From: Amoebidium appalachense
Lineage: Eukaryota; Protista; Ichthyosporea
Reading direction: 5' to 3'
DNA: 64,000 bases
Assembly (NCBI GenBank): GCA_963693365.1
Contig: CAVNZM010000001.1
Location: 17,541,840-17,605,839 of the forward strand
Numbering within the stretch: the first letter of the stretch is position 1; each line of letters begins with the position of its first letter. The notes beneath the pieces are model-generated. The model searched no databases. It was given only the letters and a program-made list of their open reading frames with translations, and was not told the origin of the DNA. Shown here piece after piece: positions 12,251 through 64,000 of the stretch. A program made the position numbers and the translations under genes.

Positions 12251-15200
12251 CTATTGGGTCTGCAAAGAGGCGGATGTAAATGAATGATATACGGATTTTC
12301 GAGCCGGGGTACCTTCATTTTTGTTCTTCCAGTATTTCTGTTGTCTCGTTTGCAGACATCTCTTTTTGAAAAACACAAGTACTTTGCGGGGCTGCGGGAA
12401 CAAGATGCACGTGATGCGAGAATGAACCGGTATCAGTAGATGCAAGCAAGTGCCGTGAACAATAAGGTTCACCTCAAAGTTCAACATCAACCTAAGTTTT
12501 AGAAACCACTGGCCCACACAGGCATGGGCTCGTGCAACAAGGTGAAATGAGTTGGTGGAATTGTTAAGTGCCAGCCTGAGAGAGCTCTAGAGGTGCACGG
12601 CTGACTTGGCGTTGGAAAAACCCACTGGTCCACTTTTGGGCGAGCCACGGCTACTAAGCCTGTAGGAAAACGTCACTAAACCTCTACTTTTTACCAGAGA
12701 GCCTGCTACATGCACATGGTGTCCTATCATTCACTGTCAGACTGCCAGACTGAAATACTCAACGGCGGAAACAGTAACTCTTACCGTTACAAACTTTAAC
12801 TTTGGAGTGACGAAAACCAGAATGGTGCAATCGGGTCGGCCCGACCAGTCATACACAGCCCGAATTTCTATAATGTGATTGGTGGGGCTTCGCGCGAACA
12901 GCCACGTCGATTTTTCCTGTCTATATTTATAGTCCCGTAAATATGCTCTGTTTTCCGACAAGTGCGGACCGTTCAAAAAGCTCTTTCCCGGTGCGGGTCA
13001 CGGAGGCGCGACCTGCTTTTCTCATCGATCAGCACCTGTAAATATCACATTAATTTTTGGCGCCAACACTACTACAAAGTTCAGTTCCGAATTATTTCGT
13101 ATTTCATAACACACACTCTAGGGATTCCAAAACATAGGTTGTAAAGTTTCCAAAACATAGGGTGTCTTTACAGCATCATCGTGCGTAACAGCTACTACAA
13201 AAAATAGTACAGCTCTGATTCCCCGTGGAGGAGACGCATTAGTCGCATTCTTTCGTCAGTATGCTTTTTTCATCACTAAGCCATGTTTTTATCTTTCCAT
13301 GCAAGTGCTTCGCGGAAATGAGCCAACATGTAGGCTTTCTATAGGAGTTTAGAGATGCATGTGACCGTGCCTTTGACTGTGGGCGGGTACCATTTTTGTA
13401 CTCGCATCTTTTATTCATTCCCAATGATTTGGCAACGTAATAGTTGTACAGGAAAGTAAAGGCAAAATGAGCCATACGCTGTATAAGCTGTTTGTGCAAC
13501 AGGCCGTCGGCTAAGGTTCTACCCAGCCAACTCCCAACAAGCACACTGGTGATGCACAGCTCCCCCATGTGTACATAATTGTATACTTTTCGACTGTCTT
13601 TTTCCGTGTGCGCCGTTTTGCTTGCCTGCATCTTTTTGTGTGCTAATACCGTTTTGTGCGCTCCCCTTGCCTCCCCCTTGTCCATTCCCCCGTCCCTTGC
13701 ATATTAACCCTCCCCCCCCCCCCCCCCCCCCTTCCCCTAGGCCTCCCGTCCCCGGTATCCGGTGCCTTCCACTGCCAAGTCAGTTGTCCTCCACATCTCT
13801 CCCTACTTTCGAAAAATTAAGATCACATAAGTCACCCCCTCGCCCCCTCTTCCCCCCTCCCCCCCTCCGTTTCTTTCACGTGTCCCCTTTGTTTGCTCAA
13901 TCTGCCCCGCCCTTCACCCCTTTTCGTTTCTTTTACGTGCCCCCTTCCAGTTCTCAATCCCCCCCCCCCTCCCCTCCGTCTTCTCTTCCTCCTTCCCCTA
14001 ACTTCCTATTTTCCTCCTAGCTGTCTCAACTAGTACACACTCGGAACCCCCCCCCCCCCTCCCCCAAACACACACATACGTATATACACACACAGACACA
14101 AGAGAAACCTCCCAAACCTCCCAGCCGTTGTATTCCACTGGCATCCCTCCTAAAGAAATGCTTATGTCTTTTTGCCCCCCCTCCCCCCCCCCACACACCC
14201 ACCCATCCCCCACCTCACCCCTATCGCCTCCTTTTCCTCTTCCCCTCTCGAGTCCCTCCCCCCCCGCCGCCCGCGCCCGCGCCCGCGCCCCCTCCCCCTC
14301 CCACCCCCTCTCCCGACGCAGTTGCATACCGTAGGGAATAGAGTGTTTTATTTTTTTCAAATTTGGTGCGTGCATTCTTATCCCAGTGTACATCGTAGAT
14401 CAGAATTTCGTACTGTGACCGTAATCCCGTGTAACACATCTCCAAACACCCTCCCCCCCCCCCCCCCCCCCCCCCTTCAACAAACCACCCCCACCCACCC
14501 CCACCCACCTCGGTTCCCTTTCTCTCTCTTCCCTCTCCCCTCCCCTCCCCTCCCCCCTTTCCCCCAACACAGTCCCTCCGGGCCATTCCTCCTAATCCCC
14601 CCCCCCCCCCCCCCCCCCCCCCCTCCCCTCCCTTCGCCGCTCTCTTCCTCCTCATTTCCCTCTATTTCCTCTTAAATCTCCCATAATATTAACTTCGAAA
14701 ACCTTTCCCTCCCCCCTCCCCCCCCCCCCCCCCTACACACACACCCTCCTCTACCGCTTTTTTCTCGTCTTGTCTTCCCCCCCCCCTCCCCCCCACTCAC
14801 CCCCTTCCTCCTCTAGCTGAGCTGGATCTATTCGCAGATCGCAGATCGCCGCCAGCGAGATCAGCAAATTCCTCAACACTTCAAGGAATTGGTCAGCACC
14901 TCCTCAGACAGCAACATCCTCTGCATGCTGGAAGCCGCTTACTGATCTTACTTAGAGAAGAAGCGTATGTACGCTTACATGAGACGTAAAAGACCAGTGA
15001 TGTATATAGACTTTAAAGGAATAAGATCGACCTGCAAGGTGCCACCTTGAGATTTGGCAGGATACCAAGAGACACATATGCAGCTAGTCGAAGGGCAACC
15101 AGTTATAAGTGGCTGGCAGTATAGGCTTGTACTGGTTTTGTTGAGTTATGTATTGACGCATGTACCTTTAAGGGATGAAAAATGTATGTATGTGTTTACC

Positions 15201-16290
15201 TGCAGATGTTTATGGTGCCTTCATGGTCCCGTGAGCCCCCCCCCCCCCCCCCCCCCCCCCCAACACGCGCACACAAAAACCCGCACTCGGACACACACAC
15301 GAGGCTCCAGTTGTGTACGGTTCCTCCAGCCAAAACACACACACACGTTTTTACCCTCGTGGCACATGATCACCAAAATCCCGCCTCCATTGCCGCTTCT
15401 CCAAGAGCATTTTCCCACACATAGACACGCACACACACCCTTCCGCCATTCTAGATCTTATTTCCCCACAGGGACACCGACACACACGCACATCACATTT
15501 AAAAAACGAAAAAACACAGTGAGCTCTCTCTCCAGCGGCGCCTTGAGCAGATCCTCAAATTGGTAATCGAGTCCTGGGTTCATGACTTTTAGGTAGAACG
15601 GCTGACCGTTTATTCCTTTGGTTGAAACTACTCATAAGATGCCATATTCATCTAGATTATTACAACTTCACCCTCATCCTCGTTTTCCTTCCGACATCGA
15701 CAGTGCCACGGTGTGTGTGCAAAGCGTTTGTAGTTTCTTCGTGTATGAGTGCAAGCTGAATAACCGGGCCAACAGGATAACTTCTACGGTTCGGGCCGGA
15801 TGATCCCTTTAGAATGATATAACACAGGCCCTTCGGATCGGGTTTTCCGCTGAGAATCCGGGTCAAAATACGCGGTTGTGCGCTCTCTGGAATAGCCGCT
15901 TATTGGATGGTAATCAGGTTGATCTTATAACCGGCCGCGGTGACCCATCTCAGCACGTTTGCACTCTGCAGACGGGGCTGCAGACTCTGCACCATTCTGG
16001 TTTTCGTCACTCCTTTGGCTTTTTTTATCTGGCGATCACATTCCTGGAACAATACCACCGTCCCCATAAACCCCCATCATCGTCATCACCATTCACAATT
16101 TTCACTTGCAAGTGATTTAAATGAATTACTAACTTTGCTACATAATGTCACTGCATGGAAATAGTGAAATGAAGTATGGAAATCACCAACGAGTCCCAGC
16201 ATGAGACAAATATCACCTTGCTGGTTACTGGATGCATTGTGCATACCTTATCTGCTTAGATCTGCGGTGATCACGATTGATAAGCTGTCA

Positions 16291-16482
16291 CCAATAGGGC
16301 ATTATGAAAATATCCTGTTTTTCGCCCTGAGTATCAACCGGGATATATCACGAAAATATCGCCTTAGCCCCTGAATATCCCCTTTTTTCTGGATTCGCCC
16401 TGAGTATCATTACAACATATCCCGAAAACGTCCCTGAATATCAAAAGATATATCAAAAGTATCCCGTCAAGCCCCTGATTGG
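16291..16482. repeat. ~190-bp MITE-like segment with repeated CCCTGA(G/A)TATC motif
   Basis: Motif copies at 16325, 16369, 16398 and 16432, partial at ~16473. Ends CCAATAGGGC and GCCCCTGATTGG are imperfect inverted repeats. No target-site duplication found. Confidence 0.4.
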
Positions 16483-17173
16483 GAAGTTGTGCAGTGGCGC
16501 TGTAATTCTTGTTTTCATCGCCGCTGGTGCCACTTTTGTGCTGAACTTTTTAATCGTAAGCATGTTGATAGGTGTGAGTTTCTATGTCGCGTTTTACCTC
16601 TTTCCCTACGGGTGTCTGCTACACTAGCTGGCAATGTGAACACTTCAGATTATTTTTATTTTTATTTTTTTTATTTTTTTATTATTATTATTATTTTTAT
16701 CACGTTTTGTTCCCGGAGGGCCTGGTTCAGGCCCTCTAGGGAAACTACCGTCTACCACACAGCACCGACAGTACACTAGTTAAGGTGCTATCTATGAGTT
16801 CAGCTAAGCTAAACCATCCTTCACAACCTAAATATAAGTACACACTTTGCCCAGGGCTACTACCCCAGTGCATATCTTTCCGTCGAATAAATCCAGTCAA
16901 AAGAAAAAAAGATTATTATACACAAGTATCCCGGCCACGGCCATCTAGAGTTATACATTGCCTAAGCCATTAGTATTTGTATGTGGCCGGCCAAATTTAT
17001 GTGCATGCCGCATCAGCGCTGAGGATCATCCATGAGCTGGTGTTGAACTGGCCATGGCATATGCATATGCATGCTATGTGCGTATACTACATGAACACAC
17101 TGATACATTGCATATCAAAGTTCACTATGCGGCATATGTCCTGCCTACCCAGCCTGTACATGTGTGCCAAAAC

Positions 17174-17206
17174 CAAGGCCTCCTAGGTTGTATCTAGGAG
17201 GCCTTG
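17174..17206. mobile_element. 33-bp palindromic micro-element (13-bp inverted repeats) with 8-bp target-site duplication, hAT-like
   Basis: GCCAAAAC (17166-17173) [CAAGGCCTCCTAG GTTGTAT CTAGGAGGCCTTG] GCCAAAAC (17207-17214). Inverted and direct repeats are both perfect. Confidence 0.65.
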
Positions 17207-18480
17207 GCCAAAACACGAAACTGATGACTGGCCGCCGAAAACCTTGAAGCCCTTGAAGACGCAAGGGAAAAAATTACTGGTTTTGAGAAGGCAAAAAAAA
17301 AAAAAAAAAAAAAAAAAAAGAAATATTGGTCCCAGGTCTGATAATGGCCTTTGGCTTGAAGAATGTGGGAGAATGGCAGTCGGTGTTGCAGCTGTTTTCT
17401 TCAGACAACACAGGTTAACTGATGACTGAGGTATCACTGGCTGTCAGGGGCAGAAAAGGGTGTCTGACTGTTATAAAGGCGCGATGAGTCGAGACTCTGA
17501 CAGGACAGCCAATACAGGTCATGTCTAAAGCTTTTACCGAAACATGAGTGCATGGCGGCAGGGGGAGCCACTAAGCCATCTACTACGCCGATTCAACTCA
17601 CTAGCCGGTGGCCGACACTGCCAGCCACTCCACGGTCAACTTCATTCATTGACAGCTGAGCTTTCATGACGTAAGGACCATTTGGTCGGTGTCGACGTTC
17701 TATAAGACCCTCTCTGCTTTCTGATGAGTACATAGTCCTTTCCTTTTGGAATGATAGCTGCCTGTTTTAGACCAACGGGTCCCGGGGCCTGACCCTCTCT
17801 CTCCCCTTTCACGGAGTGAAGTCGCACTCACGCATTGAACGTGTACTGCCAATTCTTTTCTCTTTCTCTTCCCATTCCCCTGTTCCCCCACCGCCCATCC
17901 ACCTTTCTTTCTCAACCATGGATCCTCCTTCCTTTCTGTCTAACTTCCTCCTTATCTCTCTCACTGCGTCGGACTCTCTCCCAGTTCTCCCCCACCTAAT
18001 GGACTCTATTTATGATGCTTCTCTTTGTGTGCTTTCATTTACGCAAATTTTGTTTTGTTGCTCGTTAAGGGTGTGTTAGCTTAGCTAACAGCACCCTCTA
18101 ACAGCACCCTAGCTACAATAGAGTACTGGCGGTGCTGGGTGGAAGACGGTAGTTCCCCTTCAGGCTCCAAAGGGGTCCCTCCGGGAACAAAACGGATAAA
18201 AAAAAAAAAAAAAAAATGTTTTGTTGCTCGTTGTGGACGTGAGTCGTGCTCTGTAATGCATTATAACCCCCCCCCCCCCCCCCCCCCTCCCCCCCCCCCC
18301 CCCTCTTTACAGCCACATCAAAAGTGCTACCATGCTTGGGTTGCACCACTTAGTCTTTGTGAATTTATTTGCACATATCGCGTATTGCAGTATGTGCTCA
18401 CTCTATGTCATACTGATTCTTTCTTTTGCAAAATCCATCTACCCAATCTGCATCGTGACCTTCTGTGTTGTTTTTATCAC

Positions 18481-18519
<39 letters not shown>

Positions 18520-18827
18520 ATTCCCCCCCTTTGTTTTGGTTTCGGGTTTTTCATTTCTGTGATGTTATGTTGTTTGTCCTTGTAGTCTCCTCCATATTCC
18601 CAACCCTCTCTCCCCAACTTTTGGGGGTGTGGGGAAGGAGGGGGGAAGGGGGGGGGGGGGGGGAGGGGGGTGTGTGGGGATATCTCTCCCTGTTGCAGTT
18701 GCACAAGGACCTACAGCCAAACACACAAGCACACACTAATTTCAAACTGTACACATGTCTGGTGTGTACGGTAAAACTAACCACCCTCCACCACCACGCT
18801 CCAGCCTCCCCATGCCTGGCAAACAAA

Positions 18828-19982
18828 ATGGAGCGCCGTGCTCTTCCGGTTGATGTTGCATGGACACAGAGGGGTACACTTCTTATCATCAACCCAACAA
18901 ATGAAGTGATTGATCTGCGTCAGGCAGAATTGATGGTTGAGATGGCACCAGGCAGGGTGGTGGAGGTGCCTGTGGTTATGGTGGCTGCTGACCCTATCGT
19001 CAGACCGAATGTGAGTGTGTGTGTTTGAACGGTTGGCCAGGTGAATATTTCTGTGCGTATTGTGTCATGTCAGGTGTTTGGTTTGCTGCCTAGATATGTA
19101 CTTGTTGGATATTATTGTGACTCAGTCTGGGATTGAGGTAGAGTAGAGGGTGAAAGTTGCTGTGTGGAGGTTTTTCTTTTGTTTTGTGCAGACTGTGACA
19201 CTGCTTATGATAGCATACTGCCAGGTGTCAATGTGCGTGAGAGCGTTCGTGGGTGTGTGTGTGTATGGGTATGTGTGTGGGCTTCCCTGTCCGTGTCACA
19301 TTAGATGCAGTAGGTGCCCCAACTCAATAAAGATAATGGTGTGTGCACGCCTGCCTCTCTTTGTTTGTTTGCCAGTAAGAAAGTTCCAACGCCTGCGAAG
19401 CCTCTCACATGCCACTAATAAGTAGTCACTGGTGGGCCATTGCAAAGGCTTGTACGGACCACTCCCTCTTCCCCTCCAGAGTCTCCCCCCCCCCCCCCCC
19501 CCCCACCCCCCCTCTCCCCCTACCCTCTCTCTCCCCCCCCCCCCTCCCCCCTCTCTTTCCCCCTGCCCTTTACTTTGTTATGTTTTTTTGTTCGGGAACC
19601 TTAAATTTGTATGTGTGCCTGTTTCCGTATCTGTATCTGTTTGGTACGTGGTGGTGGTGGTGGGGGGGGGAGGGGGGGGGGGGGGGGGGGGAGGGGAGAA
19701 GGGAGAAGGGGAGGGGGGGGAAGGGGCATGCTAGAGGTTGGTGTTAGTTGGTTACCAGTGTCTCACCACCCGCCTCAACGCCTTGCCCTACCAACTTATA
19801 CATTGCCACTTTGACGGCCCACACAGGATATGGTGGAGGTGCAATTGGATTGGCGGCCACCGGCTCGGCAGCAAACTGACAAATTTGATTGGCTGTTGTC
19901 GTGGGTGCATCTGGGGGCCAAGGTGGTGATGGCCGTGTGTGCTGTTGCATTTATGACGTCACACTATGGGGAGTACGCATAG
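18828..19982 (+). CDS. Putative two-exon orphan protein (~112 aa) with hydrophobic C-terminal segment; may extend upstream via an acceptor at ~18698
   Basis: AAAATGG start at 18828. Exon 18828-19010 reads MERRALPVDVAWTQRGTLLIINPTNEVIDLRQAELMVEMAPGRVVEVPVVMVAADPIVRPN|GTGAGT (phase 0). TTGAC..CACACAG acceptor, then 19827-19982 DMVEVQLDWRPPARQQTDKFDWLLSWVHLGAKVVMAVCAVAFMTSHYGEYA*. No family recognised. Confidence 0.45.
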
Positions 19983-20101
19983 GGTCGGGGGCCAAAATGT
20001 GATGGGGGTATGTGCATGTAAAGGTTGTGACGACGGTTTTTTCCCCTTCTTATCATAAGTTTTTATTTTTTTTCTCTTGGGCCTAGGAGGGAGGGGGATA
20101 T

Positions 20102-20141
<40 letters not shown>

Positions 20142-20520
20142 TCATCTGTGTGTTTTTTAAAACATTTAGGGGCGGTGTTGTGCATCACATGTACAGGCTA
20201 TACTATCCCGTAAGACTCTATGACAACCACAGTGTGGGAAGCATGAACGTGTACCGTTAAGGTTGGGGCCGGCAGGTGGAAATTTCGTGATTGTGCACAA
20301 AGCACATTGTATATACGATTGATACGAGCAGTGGGCCCGTCCGTGAGGTGCCCATGTACCCGAGTCGTGAATGCACATACTGTGTACGTTGGCTGTCGAA
20401 TTTCAGTCAAATGCTGTACGTACAGGTCGGAAACGACGGTGGCTGGGAGGTGTATGTGAGTTCATCTTCCCTACCCTCTTTTGCTCTTTTTTGGGAGGGG
20501 CGGTGGGAAAAAGGGGCCTG

Positions 20521-20570
<50 letters not shown>

Positions 20571-20978
20571 ATGCACGTTGCTCATTCTGCTTATAAAGTG
20601 CTCTGGCTCGCAACGGTTTGGTCATGTGCTATACCAATCAAAATAGTCACAGTGTCGCCGCATGATGCCTGCTCTGCAAGAATGGACTCGACGCGTGAAG
20701 CAAGATGAAAAATGGGCTTATGTACATACGCACCTAGGTCAATCATTTGAGGGGCAAAGGGCAGCCACCCGGGGAACCGGAGAGGGGGGGGGGGAGGGGG
20801 GATCGATGGGATTGCTGCTTGTCGGGTCTAGCTCTAGACCGGGCAGCGGGCCGGGATTGTGAGGCAGACTCCGAACAATGGGCTGGGTTGAGTGTGTGTG
20901 CGCGTTTGCGTGTATGTCTGTCTGTCTGCTCATGTGTGCCTTTCAGGTCGACCTGTGCATGTGTGTGCGTGTGTGCGT

Positions 20979-21012
<34 letters not shown>

Positions 21013-21252
21013 TATGTGTGTCACAGTGTTATGATACTGTATGACAATGTGTGGCCCTCCGACGGCGTGTGTGTGGGGGAGGGAGGGGAGGACGGTTGGG
21101 GTTTTTGAATTTCCTTGATTTCGAAATATTGATGAGGGACCGGGGGTCGAGTCGGTGCGGTTGAGGAGACAATGCACCCATGTCATGTGTGTGTGACGCG
21201 TGTGGGTATGAAAAGGTGAGGGTGCACGTGTGTATGGGTTTCACTGGTGTTC

Positions 21253-21291
<39 letters not shown>

Positions 21292-21721
21292 GAAAGGGGG
21301 GGGGGGGGGGGGGAGGGGGGGGGAGGAGGGGGAGGGAGGGGGAGGGGGAGGGTGGGGGAGGTTCGCTTGTTGTCGTAAGGAGTGGCTGGGCAGCACGGAA
21401 ATTTGGGCCGGGCCCGCGAAGGAGCAGGTGTGTGTGTCTGTGTCTGTGTGTACACGGTCGATGTCTGTCCGGAGGGGAGGGGGAATGGGGGGAAGGGGGT
21501 GCCTCCACTGGTACGTCAGCTAAATGCATACATGTGCTGCCGGCTAGAAGAAACGCGAGAACGTTTTGTCCAGATGTGAAGCATAAAACCCTTCACAAAA
21601 GAGCTTGTGCCAACCACAGAGCAGCTTTATTCCACTGCATTTAGTTTTCACTGAGCTGATGACCCCACAAGTCATCCGAAGCAAACACTGGTAACACCTA
21701 CTCGAATCACCGCTAATGCAG

Positions 21722-22195
21722 TGACCAAAAGAAATGATCTAAATCTTGTTAATGGTTACATCCCACTTAGACTATTTACACCACAGCAGGAAAGCACTGT
21801 AACTATTCGCACGTCGAGGCCATTAACATTGGGAACAATTTATGGTACGTATTTACAAGTATGTGCTGTTTGGAGACTGGGGGGGAAGGGGGGGGGGGGG
21901 GGGGAGGTGGGGAGGGAATGACGTCATGGGGGATACTGTGGTGAAAACTGGAAGGATGAATGATAACAGGGAGTGTTTTAATCATACGAGAGTTAAAAAA
22001 ATCGGTAGAACCAGCAGGATAGCCACAAAAGAAACAAAACCAAACAACAAGAAAAAAGTCTAGAGACTAAACAGACATCAAAATAAGCATAGGTTTCCTT
22101 TCGTTGCAGACATACAGCTTAATCTTGTAGATACGAGCATGACTCGATCCAAAACCTTCGTGGAAAACCACTCACATTCGAGCATGGATGATTGA
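21722..22195 (+). CDS. Possible last two exons of an unidentified plus-strand gene
   Basis: GCTAATGCAG acceptor. 21722-21844 reads (V)TKRNDLNLVNGYIPLRLFTPQQESTVTIRTSRPLTLGTIY, then GTACGT (phase 1). TTGCAG acceptor, then 22110-22195 (D)IQLNLVDTSMTRSKTFVENHSHSSMDD*. Phases match; upstream exons not identified. Confidence 0.3.
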
Positions 22196-22252
22196 TTTTC
22201 GCTTGACTTACCAAACATTCTAACACTTAATATTAATATTAAATTTCCTTTA

Positions 22253-37369
<15,117 letters not shown>

Positions 37370-38164
37370 GATTAGCGCACCCGCCTATGAGCGCGAATGT
37401 AGGCTGAAATTTCAATATTGTTTGGCTCTATGACGAAGTATGCCACCGCATTTGCTATACCGAAATTGAAGACTTCAAAATCATATGAAGGCAGCGCCCT
37501 ATGGTGGATGACCCGTAGGGGTGTGATAGAAGGGGTAGCTTTGCAGAAGAGAGGCATACAAAGGTTCTGTATATTCTATATACTAGAGTATGCCTTTGTA
37601 GATGTTGCTAAAAACTCGCTACAAACAAACTGCACGAGTGAGCTCGTCAGGCGTTGTTGAGTCGACTTGTGAGCCTCGGGCAAAAGGGGGGATCACGTAA
37701 TAGTAACAGAGTCAGAGAGAGCCAGAGGTCACTTTTGCATTCCGAAGAAATTCAAAAGGTTATCTCAGTGTTAATGAAAAGTAATGCCCAGACTGACAAC
37801 AAAATTGTATTGGCAACACAGAACCAGCTCACAGAACGACCAAAATGACCGTTGAAATGTAAAGAAACTATGTAGAATAGTAGGGGGTTTTTTTTAGATA
37901 GGTGAGTCATTGCGGAGGTGAAAGCACTGACATATGGCCAAGATGAGCCCGGGTTATTCTACAGGGAGTTTATTCATGTCAACACATTTTGTTTGAAAAT
38001 TTTAACAGGATAGGTTTATCAGTGGATCGGAGGCGGCGAAGTGAACTGCACACTCGAAAGGGGTTGTGTGAGACACATGCATGGGCGGATGATACAAAGT
38101 AGCTACTGTGTTGAGCAGTTGTGAAGAGATCTGAAAAGGGGCCGCATAGGGCCTACTATTCAAC
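37370..38164. promoter_or_regulatory. Probable bidirectional promoter region between the SMP gene and SKI3
   Basis: Divergent ATGs at 37369 (-) and 38165 (+). The ~795-bp interval lacks the microsatellites found on both sides, and C/CA versus G/TG polarity flips across it. Confidence 0.6.
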
Positions 38165-63295
<25,131 letters not shown>

Positions 63296-63307
63296 GTGAC
63301 GACTCCC

Positions 63308-63355
<48 letters not shown>

Positions 63356-64000
63356 TCCCCCCCCGGCAAAAATTAAACGAAAGAAAGAAAGAAAAGAAAG
63401 CGAAAAGAAAGGAAAGGAAAGAAATCGGGGGGAGGGGGGGGGGGGGGGGGACCACAACGGAAGGGTGAGGGAAACAATGAAAGAAAGTGAAGAGAACATA
63501 CGGGTATCCGAGCTCCTCGCTTTACTTGCCTACCCTTCCATTTTATCGCATATTCTATTCTGTGAACATCTTCAATGCATATAACTGTCTGTGGCCAAAT
63601 GGACTGTCGTATCTTGTCACCCCCTTCTCTCCCCTCCCACCACCGACATTGCAAAACACATACCCTTGTTGTCTACAGAAGGCAAAAGAAGCGATGTTGT
63701 GACGTCCCTGGTAGGCTAGTGGCTAGGCTTGCATTGCTGCTCCATATAATCGGCCATGAGGAAATCTTTAAAGAGATGGGAAGACCTGTTCGGTTTTTAT
63801 TCTTTTTTTTGTTTGTTTGTTTCACACCCTGTTTCAGTAAGGTTTTCTTCCCTTTTTTGTTCGCCCCTGTGTGTGTGTGTGTGTTGGGGGGGGGGGGGGG
63901 GGGAGGGGGGGGAGGGGGGGGAGGGGGGGGGAAGTAGGGGTTACTGGAAACCTAGCATCGAAATGTTCGATCCCGCAGATATCTTCCGTATGATGAATAG

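Noticed and set aside
17221-17241. CTGATGA..GAAA hammerhead-like core
   Set aside because: Stem II closing bases do not pair and no convincing stems I/III or cleavage triplet were found.
20195-20450. Complex-sequence island resembling an exon
   Set aside because: All three plus frames contain stops and no motif was recognised.

Overview
Eukaryotic, intron-rich nuclear DNA. A unicellular holozoan such as an ichthyosporean is plausible, but that is inference from gene content only. Almost all ORFs in the supplied track are microsatellite or homopolymer artefacts, so genes were rebuilt by hand from exons and splice phases. Left to right: (1) 3' end of a Cys-rich, probably secreted protein with an apparent 1-nt frameshift (+, 2-570); (2) a multi-pass membrane protein fused to a C-terminal RGS domain (7TM-RGS-like; -, ~12250-4992), plus a diverged copy of part of its last exon at ~3590-3690; (3) small orphan spliced ORFs and tiny transposon-like inserts (13-22 kb); (4) a TM-SMP-C2-coiled-coil-C1 lipid-transfer protein (PDZD8/E-Syt-like, no PDZ seen; -, 37369 to ~22253) with an intronic tRNA-Thr(UGU) and a minisatellite built from its own 3' splice site; (5) head-to-head with it, SKI3/TTC37 (+, from 38165, more than 30 exons, runs off the window) with an intronic initiator tRNA-Met, a piggyBac-like relic and a fold-back element. 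The most striking general property is a strand-polarised intron grammar: poly-C just after weak GT donors and (CA)n running into acceptor AGs.
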